DNA of 63,277 nt, counting the filler, from Collodictyon triciliatum (Eukaryota): NCBI GenBank assembly GCA_043381765.1. It is 13 parts of 13 records of this genome, joined end to end, with 100 filler letters (N's around TTAATTAATTAA, not from the genome) between each part and the next. Parts side by side here need not be neighbours in the genome. Positions count along the whole stretch, not along the records: positions 14,840 to 19,687 come from JBHJMP010005710.1; positions 19,788 to 24,629 come from JBHJMP010005711.1; positions 24,730 to 29,570 come from JBHJMP010005712.1; 10 more parts are not named here. One strand, written 5' to 3'. Position numbers and translations under genes: made by a program. Position 1 is the stretch's first letter. Every line of letters begins with the position of its first letter. Positions 15,160-27,359 of this stretch are shown one piece after another. The notes below the pieces were generated by a model that saw only the letters and a list, made by a program, of their open reading frames with translations, did not search any database and had not been told where the DNA came from.

Positions 15160-18100
15160 CCAGCGCGGATCATTCGAAGTTGTGGGGTATGTTTCCTGTC
15201 TGCCCTGAATTTGTTGATGTGTTGACGCAAGGTTGCTGCATTGAAAGAAATATCAGAAAAGATTATAGAATCTCTATCTCGAGTGCGTGTGCTAATTCCT
15301 GAAAAATGTAAGAGTTCGATATGGTTCGCATCGAATAAAGAAAAATATGGTCTGGAAGTGGGTTACCTACTCCAGATCTTCATAGTAACAAAAAAAGAAA
15401 AGAAAATATTTTATATTGGGGTGGTTTTTTTTTTCTCTCTCTCTTTGTATATAAGATGCATAGCTTTAATTTTTCTTACAATCCAGAGGAGGAGGAAATT
15501 CAAAGTCACTCGCATTGATTCCGTAATAAACCAATATATTGAAATATCCGTCGAGAATAAAGATTGGACTATTGCGATAAAAAATAAAATAAAAACAAAA
15601 TTTATTATCGGATGCAAATACAAACTGGACGTGTATACGTTATTCGTGCAGTATACTTACTGCGGACTTGACGTGATAGTTTGCCTTGACAAAGCCAAAT
15701 CTTGAGAGCCGGCTGTGTCAGGAGTCGAGTAACTTATTAGATATGGATAAACCGATCTTGCGACTTGTGAAGGCTCGAGGCAGCTGTCGTATTATATGGA
15801 TGAGATAAGAACTAGTGAAAAGCAAGGCACACTTTCTTATCCAACCTTAAGATAAATTGGTGGTAGAAGCGCTCATCGGGTGTCACATGACTGGATCTCA
15901 ACAAAGCAGATTTTGTGATACTGAAAGCCATTTTTATGAAAGTTCCTATTCCTGGGTAATCAGGGAACTCTAAGTCGATTTGAGAGCCCTGCGAAAAAAA
16001 AATATGGTGTTATAAAAATTCGAAAGAAATTATCATTTATGAGTAGAAAAAATATGATTCAAGTGATTGAACAACCTGACGTATTTGATTCATATGAAGA
16101 ATATATTTATCCATAAAGGCCCCGAGCCAATCCTTCAGCAGAAGTCTGGCCTCCTCGACGCTTCCATTGACAATGACACGGGAAATCTAAAGGTGCCAAA
16201 AAAAAAAAAAAGAATGATGAGGTGATCCAAATGTTTCAAATTGATTAGTTATGTGTTGGCAATTTATTATTGAGTAAACAAGTCTACTTTTTGTATTATC
16301 AGGGTCAAACTAGTTTCTGGGTCGACCCCAAGGTAAACTTGTCGTATGTTGTCTGCAATATCAGCATGAACAGTGACAATGCGCAGTTTCCCTTAAGAAT
16401 ATTTTCTTCCGGTAAATCAAATATTAATTTATAAGAAAAGGTAATCCTTATTTATATGTGAGGTACTTTTTTTCTTCGAAACCTACTTTGGAATAAACTT
16501 CTCTGAGAATCAGACGGAGGAGTCCTTAAAATCGTGTTGAAAGCAAACGCCATTTGTATTACAGGAGGAAAGATGGGTCTATATTTCAGAATTTCGAAAA
16601 TGAATTATTGAATAAAAACCAAAGGCTATCTTAATTTGGGTCACTTTTTGTTCCATTTTCTTTATGTATGTGTATATCTGTATTTTTCTCTCATAAGATA
16701 AGGATGTTTGACCTCTTCTGAAAGCTTTCGTTTGTGAACTCGAAATCAAAAGAGAAGCATTGAGTCCTGTCTATATAGTGTTGTTTTTTAGGTGAACGTA
16801 GTTAGTAATTTGTGAATAAATAATTGAATCTTGTCATGTACAAACCACATCCTGCAATATGGTACATGAAATCGTATTCGTCGTCAACAGTGAAGTGGCC
16901 GTGAGGTCTTGTTAGCTGCACATCTGTTGACGTTCTAAGCCTCAGGAGGCCTTTAAATGCCAAATCTCCACAAAACTGTCTATATCTGAGTGACAAATAT
17001 CGCCTTTGTTTAGTTCGATATACTCAATCGCATATGACCTTCTGACTTGTTCAAGGATTTGAATAAAGGTTGATAGTTTTTTTTTTTTTAAAAAAAAAGT
17101 CTGATTCAAACAAGTTAAAACATGAATGAAATCTAACAGATCTTGCGGGAGGTTGCATTCATCCAAACTCTGATAGTGCATTAATATCCCCCCAGTATTC
17201 TGACTAAGATATTGAAGAGCAGAAAGCTTAACATAGCTATTGGATATCACCAGGAGATCAAAACAGACGCCAAGTTTGGCAGCTAATTTCCCCTACAAGT
17301 CGAAATTACAGAGAGTTTAGTCTAAACAGAATACAAGAATCAATGCATCATGAACAAAAACAAAAAACAAAAAACAAAAAACAAAAAACAAAAAACAAAA
17401 AACAAAAAACAAAAAACAAAACCAAAAAAAACCAAAAAAAACCAAAAAAAACCAAAAAAAACCAAAAAAAAACCAAAAAAAACCAAAAAAAACCAAAAAA
17501 AACCAAAAAAACCATTTCATCATAATATTTTGACATCGCAGAGAGAGACTCTCGAAGTTTGGGCACTGAAGTTACAGCTGGGTCTAAAAAAAAGTGAGAT
17601 TTTTTTATTCTTCCTCTCAATTTTGAATGTGTGAATTTTATAAAAGCAAAACAACTCAAAGCAACCGAGAGCAACGCAAAGGATTTAGATAGCAACACAT
17701 CATATTACCGAATGAACCAGGCCCATAGGTGGGTTGTGCAGATATGAAAGTTAATACGCGCGCTGTAGATTTTCAAAGGTTCAGAACGTTGTTTTGTATG
17801 TGATGAAATAAAACGTATTAAAAATTTCGACAAAATAAGTTGAAACTTTATGATTTAAAGGAGGATATATGTATTTTCTTTATTTCCTATACATACCACC
17901 AGCGTAAATTCTATGTATGTCAAAGAAATCTATTATCGTTTTGCACGCAGTTCCCAGGCACCTAAATTCTGTCAGCGGTCCATTAATTGATTTTAGATAT
18001 GCTAATGTGCTTTTCTTCCTTTCTTTAATAAAAAAAAAAAAAAAAAAAAGAATACGTGTGCTCGAATATACTCTAATCGTATGTTTCATAAAAGAATAGC

Positions 18101-19410
18101 AATAATAGGTTGCCCCGATATGTACGTTATTTTTGCAAATAGGTACCTCTTTTCGGTTCCGGCTTGATACTCTCAAGAGCAGCATTGATATTATCTTTAA
18201 ATTGCCCAACCTGATAACCATAATCATTATTTCTGCCTGGACAGAGGAGATACTGACAAAAAAATTTACAAAATAATAATGTAATACAATCGAAAGGTAA
18301 TTAACCTCAACGAACAACCTCTCTCTCGGAAAAATGTCCTCTAAAGATAGGCTTGGGTCAATACCATTAGGAGTTACATTCACAAACTTCACGTGGGGAA
18401 GCTCAGAAGTGAGGTCGAACGCACCGATCTAAAAATGCAACCAATTCAATCAGGATACTATTACTTGAACCATAAAAAAAAATGGATGATTTGAAGCAGT
18501 ATCGATACCAGAGTACCTTGTTCGAATAAGTCATCAATCCAAACAGGGAGGACTCGGGAATAGCTATTTGAGGGTGTCATTATTTCAACCAAATTTATTT
18601 AAATTTTCTCAAAGCAAAACTGGATGATGCAATCATTAATTGTGAATTTTTTTTTTCAGGGATAAGATTGATGGCGGCTAGGTTAAGTGACAAGTTTGTT
18701 GTACCTTCAACAACACCCTGTATACTGCTTTTGAACACTTCAAACACATCCGGCGGAGCTTGATTTTTTTGTAAATAAATAATACTATTTTTATCAGCGT
18801 GTAATATAAATGTAGCAAAAAAGAAGCTTTTGTCGAAAACTGATGATATACTAAGGACGATATATTGTATGGTGGCTAAAAAAGCAAGAAAATAAGTGCC
18901 CACCGGTAGTGTCGATGACGGCAATGAAAACCGGGCTCTCTGAAACCCCCTCATCCACTAATAAAATATTTAATCTTAAGCAACAACACGAATTTGGGAC
19001 AGTCAAGCAATATGATAATTACATTTGAATCGAATAAAGAGGGGAAAAAAGCAGTATAGTACTTACTGTCGATGTCAACTTCAATATCCCACTGAGTAAC
19101 CTCGATTGCATGTTTTCTGACCAAATAAATGAGTGTAAGAAGCTGCAATATATTCAATATCTGTATGAATCATTCTTAATAGAAAAACAGCGGCGGATTG
19201 GCCGTTATTTTGAACAATCTTGATTACCTATCTGCTGCCACTTTGTACCTCACTCCAGCCTCATTTTCAAAGGAGCAGATATTACAGAACCAACTCCCTC
19301 TTTGGAAAAGGCATCCAGGATTTATGTATCCGAAGCATTCGCCACACCGAGCGATTGTGCTGGCTGACAGAGGTCCGGCAATCTTTCCTCCGAAATAAGC
19401 AGCAGCTTAG
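15160..19410 (-). CDS. Divergent Sec23/Sec24-family protein most like plant SEC23D; both ends probably truncated
   Basis: Zn finger RCGECFGYINPGCLFQKRGSWFCNICSFEN; vWA trunk SPVFIAVIDTT...AIPESSLFGLMTYSNKIGAFDL; RCLGTA; ARVLTFISAQPTYGPG; GVCFDLLVISNSYVKLSALQYLSQNTGG...LPQDLYR...LLRLRTS...HGHF. Confidence 0.85.
19005..19057 (+). mobile_element. Micro-retroposon insert with 9-bp imperfect TSD, in an intron of the Sec23/24 gene
   Basis: ...TTTGAATCGAATAAAGAGGGGAAAA lies between AAGCAATAT (19005-19013) and AAGCAGTAT (19049-19057). Confidence 0.6.
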
Positions 19411-20206
19411 TAGTTTGACAAATTCATATGGTGCAGCCAAAATATAATGAATGACATAGGCAAGAATAGGAACCATCCATAATTCAGTAATAACAAGAAC
19501 AACAACAAGAACAACAACAAGAACAACAATAATAATAACAATAATAATAACAATAATAATAACAAAAATAATAACAAAAATAATAACAATAATAATAACA
19601 AAAATAATAACAATAATAATAACAATAATAATAACAATAATAATAACAATAATAATAACAATAATAATAACAATAATAATAACAATANNNNNNNNNNNNN
19701 NNNNNNNNNNNNNNNNNNNNNNNNNNNNNNNTTAATTAATTAANNNNNNNNNNNNNNNNNNNNNNNNNNNNNNNNNNNNNNNNNNNNTTGGTTTGGTTTG
19801 GTTTGGTTTGGTTTGGTTTGGTTTGGTTTGGTTTGGTTTGGTTTGGTTTGGTTTGGTTTGGTTTGGTTTGGTTTGGTTTGGTTTTGGTTTGATTTTGGTT
19901 TTTGTGGGTTGTCCTGATCGAAGCGACTGCGTGCGAGAGAAATGACGATTCGAGCAGAACATTCATATAGATGTCACCGACTTACCCATAATGCTAATAA
20001 AATGATAAAATCTGGAAAATATATATTATATTTATTTTGGTGCAGTGGTTTTATTATTTTGATGCAGTAATGTGAATTTTACTTAATTATACTAAGTTCA
20101 TGTGATTTAGATTGTAATTTCATATGACAGCTTCTCGTGGTTCGCTTCGTGCGTAATCGCAGCTTGGTAATCACAGCTCCAGAAAACCCGCCGAAAGCCA
20201 GAAGCA

Positions 20207-21004
20207 ATGACCCAGCAACACATGAAAGAGAGATTCGCCCTCTTCCTGATGTCCATCCTGCTGGCCAACGAGGCATTCAGCTTGTCAAGTAATCAGTTCG
20301 CCCTTGCGGCATTTTCATTTCCGTTTTGATTTGCCTCTGCCCGAGCGCGGCCGAAACACACAACCCAATGACCTTTTTTTTACTCAAGAGCGAACAGACC
20401 CCGATGGCCAGGAGCTTTCGTGTGTTTCTACCAAGGACTTTCTTCGCCACGTCCTAGACAACAGAAACGTTTTTTTTCAGGCACCGGAAATACCCGATCT
20501 CCCTCCTGAGCCGTGGACAATCGAAGTTGTGGCAAACAATTTCACCATCGAGCTTGATGTTATGAATAAAACCCTCAACATATCATCAGTCGATCACGAG
20601 GTATATGTATCTGCCGACTGTCCATATGGTACATCCGTCATTCATAGTTTCTCTCCGTGCATGCATGTTTTGGTTGTAATCATAATCCACAAAGATAAGC
20701 AAAGATGAAAGGCTTTCTTTAATTCATTTCCTTCTGCTGCCTATTTCTCTGTGCAGTATGTGAACCGCGAATAATGTAATTGTGCTTGCTAGGAATACAT
20801 GGCTTTGTGGATGTGGATGTCGGGACATTCGAAGCGACCATTCGACTCAACAAGTTCCGAATCGATAGCGCTTATGTTGTCTGCCTGATAATCATCCTCG
20901 CAGCCCAGACTCTGATTGCTGTAGGGCTCTACCTCCTGCAAAGAAGAGTTACCGTGGCCCGTCAGTTCTTCCACTTTGGCCCGCAAAACAAGGGACATCT
21001 GTAA
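20207..21004 (+). CDS. Orphan type I membrane protein (signal peptide, N-glycosylation sequons, one TM helix, short tail); exons 20207-20288, 20389-20628, 20793-21004
   Basis: MTQQHMKERFALFLMSILLANEAFSLS-KRTDPDGQEL...NNFTIELDVMNKTLNISS...DCPY-GIHGF...AYVVCLIIILAAQTLIAVGLYLL-QRRVTVARQFFHFGPQNKGHL*. Both introns are GT-AG and phase 1. Confidence 0.7.
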
Positions 21005-21184
21005 TGTTTAGTACACTGCTATCCCATTTTTTCTAGTCAATTTAGGTATAAAAGAAAAATAATTATCATATTAATCGTGACCTCTACTCATCTAACCCTT
21101 AATTTTTTTTTTCCTGAACGCACCATTCCGAAGAATTTTTTGTCCGGAAGGCCTTAATATTTATCTCTCTTAATACGCAAAATA

Positions 21185-21480
21185 ACAGGTGTGGATGCGG
21201 GGCACTCAACCAGCAGGGCAGTTTCTGTTATCTTTGCGGGCAAACTGTCCATAAGCATGCGCCCTTGCGCTAGGCCGTGTCGGAAGCGGTTGTCTCATCC
21301 ACATTTGGTATCAATACGCAGAGCAGCACCACACAAACTGTTTTATGGCGCCCTCAAGCAATCTTGATCACAGGCCAACTTTTGCACCCACCAGATTCCG
21401 CACGCACTTAGAGACCATACCCTGTCCTATAAGTCATAGAAAATGAACAATAAAAAGGAAAAAGAAAAAAAAAAAAAAGA
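21185..21480 (+). mobile_element. Possible decayed 3' end of a non-LTR retrotransposon
   Basis: GC-richer island whose translation contains FCYLCGQTVHKH interrupted by stops. It ends in GAACAATAAAAAGGAAAAAG(A)n, which resembles the family tail. Confidence 0.35.
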
Positions 21481-21666
21481 GTATTAGGGGAGAACTAGTT
21501 CATTATAGAAGAGATCACGTCGTGCAGTTTTCTGAGCTGAGGGGGCAGGTTTGGGCGATGCCTTGAAAGGAAGCCGACGTTCACCTTCTGTAGAAAGGGC
21601 AAGTAAGCACTAAAGTAACCAAGCTGAGTTCTCTTTGCTTTAAGGTAACAGCAACCCCGTTCAGCC

Positions 21667-24199
21667 ATGGATTTTCTAAAGGCTGAGATTGAGCGGAAAC
21701 GCAAGAACATGGCGCCTTCAAAAGCCACAGAAGACAGCAGCAAACTAGAAGAAAGCCCTGCAAAGAGCGCACCCAAATGGAAGACTAAAAGGGACCTGGA
21801 AAATGAGCGACTCCAGAAAATCCGGGAAGAAGAAGAAATGGAGCGGAAACGAAAGGCAGGATAGCATATGAAACATTCTTTGATGTTGTTTCCCATTTTT
21901 TTTTGAACACATACCTCTACACCCTTCTTTCGTAATTTTATTTTCGCTCTGCTTTATATAAATATACAAGCAATATATATATATATATTCAGGACAAAGT
22001 ACTGCAGCACGCAGATAATATTCGACAATACACGTGTCTAAGATATTTGCATGTGTAGGAAGAGCTGGCATTGCTGAAGAAGAAAGAAGAGGTCGAGAAT
22101 TATTCGTTTAGCATTTTGAAAGAAATCTAGCCTCCTATTCCCATCTTAAAACTCGAACCGAAAGGCAACCGTGTGTTCGAAAGATCTAATCATGGCCTTG
22201 ACATTTCTAGGAGGAAAAATACGTAGCCACAAAGAACGATGTATCTGCAAAATCTGTTTCAACATCAGTAGGCACAACTCGAGAAGACACACAGGTAAAT
22301 AATTGCTATAACTATGCTCAATCTTGAGATTAGTGCTATTTCATGTTTATCTTCATCTTCATTACCGATGTCCCTTTTGCACTTTCCCACAATATCACCG
22401 TGTAACAAGCTAGAAAAGACTCACTGCACCGTTCGCCCTGAATCTGTAGAAACTTAATTCAGAATCCAGCCCAACACTTCCAGAGGCTGAAGTCAAACGC
22501 AGACTTAGAGCCATCAAGGAGCCAGTTACACTCTTTGGAGAAACAAGAATCCTACGTGAGCATCGTTTGCGTTTGTTAGAACTAAAGCTGGAGCTTCAAG
22601 GAGATGATGATGAGGGACAACACAATGAGTTTGCTCAAGCCTTACAGGAAGCAGAAATATCAGAGACAAAGGTGCCTGGCAATTTACTTACCCTCTCTGG
22701 CTTTTCCTTATATATTGAAAATCTAAGACCGAGTATTGTTGCAAATCAATTACAATTACGACCAAAATTTTGTTAACTTTGATTTTTCCTGCAATGTCGG
22801 TTGCCTGAAATTGGTTAATTATGTAAAGAAACACGAAGTTCAAGCAACAACAGCCGAGGAAGATGATTACGATGCTTATTTGGCTAATGAATCAACAGTG
22901 AAAACGAAGGAAGACGAAATAGCCATGTTTCTAAAGGTTAATTTTTTTCCCCATAAACACTATCTGATTGTACAAATCTAATTTTGTATTCTGCATCATA
23001 TGGACTTTAGCATCCACTAAATGTTGAAATTTAAATATTAGTATTATTTTCTCTCTCGCTCTCGAACTATCTATATCTTGTTATCATTATCTACTGGCAT
23101 CTCTCCAAGATAAATTAACGACTTCTGATGACCTGCTTTGTCTAAAATTGATACTCAGGACAGATACGAGTCGGAGATTATGACTATTACTATCACTATT
23201 ACTATTACTATTACTATTACTATTACTATTACTATTACTATTACTATTACTATTACTATTATCTTAAAAACTGCGTATTGCTCTTCCGCTTTTTTTATAC
23301 CTAGCTACATATCACTCAATAATGATCGATATTTGAAGCGGGCCACTAACAACGCACTATGGAATCCAATATATCACAGCCACCGACATCCTAAACATCA
23401 ATTTTTTCTTTGACGATATACTAGAATATATTTAAAGAATGGGAAGCTGAACTGGATGCCCGCCCCGCAGAAGTGAAACGCACGGCCTATGGAAAATCTC
23501 AGTTTGCGTCTATGAAGCAGTCTCAGATGTGGATGAAGCCCTTTTTCGACTTAATGAGAACGCGACGGCTAAGCGATGGCATCCTCCCTCATGTTTGGAC
23601 GATTGTGGAGCACATGAAGAAAGGGGAGTATGTCCTTGCAACAAGAATCTATCTCACTTTGGCCATAGGAAACGCGCCGTGGCCCATGGGTAATGTTGCA
23701 TAAGCGATTATTCATCGCGATTCTTTGCTTATTTGGGCTTGTAAATATGTATATAAAACAGTGCTAAGATGAAGACGAAGAATTAGATGAATTATAGGCC
23801 GATGTTTTTTTTTTCTTTTAAAAAACAGAACTATTAGTAAGATTGACCTTGATTGCTTCATTGTTACAGGTGTGACTATGGTTGGTATTCACGAGCGCTC
23901 GGCCAGAGAAAAGATTTTTTCAAACTCAATTGCTCGTATCCTTTCGCGTGTTATTATTCATATGCACCCTTTACAGTGCATTTCACGTTTTTTTCTTTTC
24001 CTTTATTCGATTCAAGCAGTGCATTTCACGTTAAACAATATTATGTAGTAGAGCGGAAGTTTAAATATCGCCCAGTAAACTCTTGTCAATGTCCTTTAAC
24101 TAAATACCCTCAGACGTGCTGAATGACGAGACACAAAGAAAATACATCCAAGCGTTGAAGCGACTGATGACAACACATGAACGATTGCACCCGACATAG
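21667..24199 (+). CDS. PRP18: Pre-mRNA splicing factor 18 (complete, multi-exon)
   Basis: MDFLKAEIERKRK...; PRP4-like/SFM motif LPEAEVKRRLRAIKEPVTLFGE; Prp18 domain [55 protein letters not shown]. Confidence 0.95.
23936..24113 (+). other. U12-type (minor spliceosome) GT-AG intron, last intron of PRP18
   Basis: 5' site GTATCCTTT; branch motif TCCTTTAAC at 24092-24100, ending 13 nt before the intron end (CAG); no polypyrimidine tract; phase 1 within the His codon of AHVLNDE. Confidence 0.85.
23974..24032 (-). mobile_element. 27-bp micro-retroposon (23990-24016) flanked by a perfect 16-bp TSD
   Basis: CAGTGCATTTCACGTT occurs at 23974-23989 and 24017-24032. The insert reads CTTGAATCGAATAAAGGAAAAGAAAAA on the minus strand. 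Confidence 0.85.
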
Positions 24200-24743
24200 C
24201 GTTTTTTGCACCTCTATACCAAGAAAAAAGCGACAGAAATACAATACGGCTTAAATAAAACATGCGGTATAACGCGCAAAAGAAGAGGAGCTTGTGCCCT
24301 TCCCCACACGAGTTGAAACGAGTCCACATATGGCCAGTGATACCGAAAACTGTCACAGCGCCGCTGTCACCACCACGTTTGATATTACCAGAGATGTTCA
24401 CGCAACCCCCGCCACAGCCAGCTTCCGCACAGACGGAACAAACACCAGGAACACAGGGCAGCAGGGCTGAAGGACAAAGAAGGAGAAAGAAAGAGAAAAA
24501 GAAAGAGAAAGAAAGAGAAAAAGAAAGAGAAAAAAAAAGAGAAAGAGAAAGAGAAAGAGAAAGAGAAAGAGAAAGAGAAAGAGAAAGAGAAAGAGAAAGA
24601 GAAAGAGAAAGAGAAAGAGAAAGAGAAAGNNNNNNNNNNNNNNNNNNNNNNNNNNNNNNNNNNNNNNNNNNNNTTAATTAATTAANNNNNNNNNNNNNNN
24701 NNNNNNNNNNNNNNNNNNNNNNNNNNNNNTTAATTCGCCCAGT

Positions 24744-25534
24744 GTGGCCCGGCGCTCTGCCTATGAGCGCATTGGGGGACTAACGTTCCCCATCTTGAAG
24801 GGTGGCTCAAAGAATCTTTCTTTCCCTTCGCCCCGGAGGATTTGCGATACATTTGGTTTTAAGACACATATCGATCTTGGCAGCTCCCTCAGTCATTCAG
24901 GACCGATTCCTGAAGATGCCATTCAAGAGGGAGGGGAAATGTTGCTCACTTTCACAACCCGTCGAGTGTCAAAACAATTTGAAACCAAACATCCTCTCCT
25001 GGATACCTCGCATCAGTCCTGACCTCCTCTATGGGTATACCGACCATCATGCCCATAACCTTCCCCAAACGAACCCATTAGCAGACTCTCTGAGCCGGGA
25101 GACTGCAGGAAGCTAACACCTAATGACACGTGAGTCCTGAATAGCTGACCAATACCACTTGCAAGACCTGCGGTATCAAAGCCAAAACTCCTGACCTTGG
25201 TTGAGAGAGAGACCAGGGAGTGGAAGCTTATAGCCATAGGTTTCTTTTCAAGCAAGAGGGAGAAGTCCCTTCGATAACCCCACTGAAAAGACACAAATAC
25301 GGTCTGCAAGGAGGTGAGTCAACCATGCAGAGAATTCCTCTTTGCACTCGACCTAGTGCTTATCAAACGAACCTCACTTCTCTTTTCTCCATCCTCATCG
25401 ACAGCTTGCGCCATCAAAGCAGTATTCCCCCTCCTCCATCCAATCAATATCACCTGTCCCTTTTTCTCATACTCGCGGGATATTACGACACGTCTCCAAA
25501 AGATATACATGTGTCCCTTATCAAGCCTCAATGA
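24744..25534 (+). mobile_element. Possible degenerate retroelement coding remnant
   Basis: Intron-free GC-richer stretch with broken frames. RIGGLTFPIL recalls the GGLG.P.L motif after LINE RT domains. It lies about 700 bp upstream of a clearer zf-RVT remnant. Confidence 0.3.
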
Positions 25535-26247
25535 CCTCTCTTTTCCTTTTTTTTTCTTTTTCTTTATTTTTATCCCTGTTTTTATTTTTCTATCTCTCAC
25601 ACATCCCCACCTACTTTGGAATTACTTGCCTGATGGTTGAATGAAAGATTGTTGAGACGGGCTCAACAGCTAAGACTTTTAGAATAAAAAAAAATCTATG
25701 CATGAAATGAGCAGCGAATGGATATGTTTGGATGAGGTTTTTTCTTCATTGCCACTCAATGGAGTCGAACAGAGCGGTTAGGATTGAGGGGGTTTGCGTT
25801 GCAGAATCTGGGAGCATTTGCGTCAAAAACTATTAAATGATACAGTTATTACCTTGCGACTTTAAGATTGGTTGAGCTGTTGGTAATTTGGGTAGTGCAG
25901 CTTGCGGCGCTTGTTGGATGCATTTTTCTACATCAGCCTTTCAACCCTGCCATTTCTGCACTTTTATCCAGCACCCAGCACACGCAAAAAAAAAACTTAA
26001 CAATCTGCTGCGTTTTGTTTTCGCTTTTGCTTTTTTTGGTTGCTGTCGATCCTTTCTTTGTTTTTCTTTTTTCATAACCTATATATTCAACCTGTTGATT
26101 CATATCGCGATGAATACAAGGTGGGTTCCATTAACATCCTACTATGACTCAGATATAGTATTGTCATTCAAAGGGTAAAAGTGTAGCCGTATTGTGTTGT
26201 TTTGTCGCTTTATATGTTTAGAGATATGTGTACATAGATGAGGCTTC

Positions 26248-26602
26248 TCACCGCAAGCTGGAGACAAGCACGAACCCCGCAAGTCCTTCCAAATCACCGC
26301 TCTTTCTAATGCATAATATCACCAATAGGGAGCTATAGATGGGCACACGCGCGGTAAAAGCTGGCAAAGTCTCCCAACAATGCATATGAGCAGCAACAGT
26401 GATAAATCCATTGAGCACACATTTGTGCAATGTCCCTTCGCTCAAAACCTGCGCGAAACTGCCTGTGAGATTCTTCGACTGACATTCAAGACGGCTGCGG
26501 CTGTTGTCCAATCCAGGCGATGTTTGGGCCTCTGCAACTGCTGCGTCCAGATACAAAAACATTCTGGGCAGCGACGCGAGGCCATTAGCTATGGACTGTG
26601 TG
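26248..26602 (+). mobile_element. Decayed LINE (L1/Tx1-like) ORF2 C-terminal zf-RVT/zinc-knuckle remnant
   Basis: Frameshifted translation SWRQARTPQVLPNHRSF*...DKSIEHTFVQCPFAQNLRETACEIL matches the W...P..R.F.W / E...H.F..CPFA..LW pattern. It runs into the N-gap. Confidence 0.7.
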
Positions 26603-27359
26603 NNNNNNNNNNNNNNNNNNNNNNNNNNNNNNNNNNNNNNNNNNNNNNNNNNNNNNNNNNNNNNNNNNNNNNNNNNNNNNNNNNNNNNNNNNNNNNNNNN
26701 NNNNNNNNNNNNNNNNNNNNNNNNNNNNNNNNNNNNNNNNNNNNNNNNNNNNNNNNNNNNNNNNNNNNNNNNNNNNNNNNNNNNNNNNNNNNNNNNNNNN
26801 NNNNNNNNNNNNNNNNNNNNNNNNNNNNNNNNNNNNNNNNNNNNNNNNNNNNNNNNNNNNNNNNNNNNNNNNNNNNNNNNNNNNNNNNNNNNNNNNNNNN
26901 NNNNNNNNNNNNNNNNNNNNNNNNNNNNNNNNNNNNNNNNNNNNNNNNNNNNNNNNNNNNNNNNNNNNNNNNNNNNNNNNNNNNNNNNNNNNNNNNNNNN
27001 NNNNNNNNNNNNNNNNNNNNNNNNNNNNNNNNNNNNNNNNNNNNNNNNNNNNNNNNNNNNNNNNNNNNNNNNNNNNNNNNNNNNNNNNNNNNNNNNNNNN
27101 NNNNNNNNNNNNNNNNNNNNNNNNNNNNNNNNNNNNNNNNNNNNNNNNNNNNNNNNNNNNNNNNNNNNNNNNNNNNNNNNNNNNNNNNNNNNNNNNNNNN
27201 NNNNNNNNNNNNNNNNNNNNNNNNNNNNNNNNNNNNNNNNNNNNNNNNNNNNNNNNNNNNNNNNNNNNNNNNNNNNNNNNNNNNNNNNNNNNNNNNNNNN
27301 NNNNNNNNNNNNNNNNNNNNNNNNNNNNNNNNTTTTTTTTTCTTCTCTCTCTCTAACTC

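Noticed and set aside
21185-21305. Possible structured ncRNA (TGTGGATG...CATCCACA inverted repeat)
   Set aside because: The stem is only 8 bp, with no SRP, RNase P/MRP, snRNA or tRNA motifs; a decayed retroelement end is more plausible.
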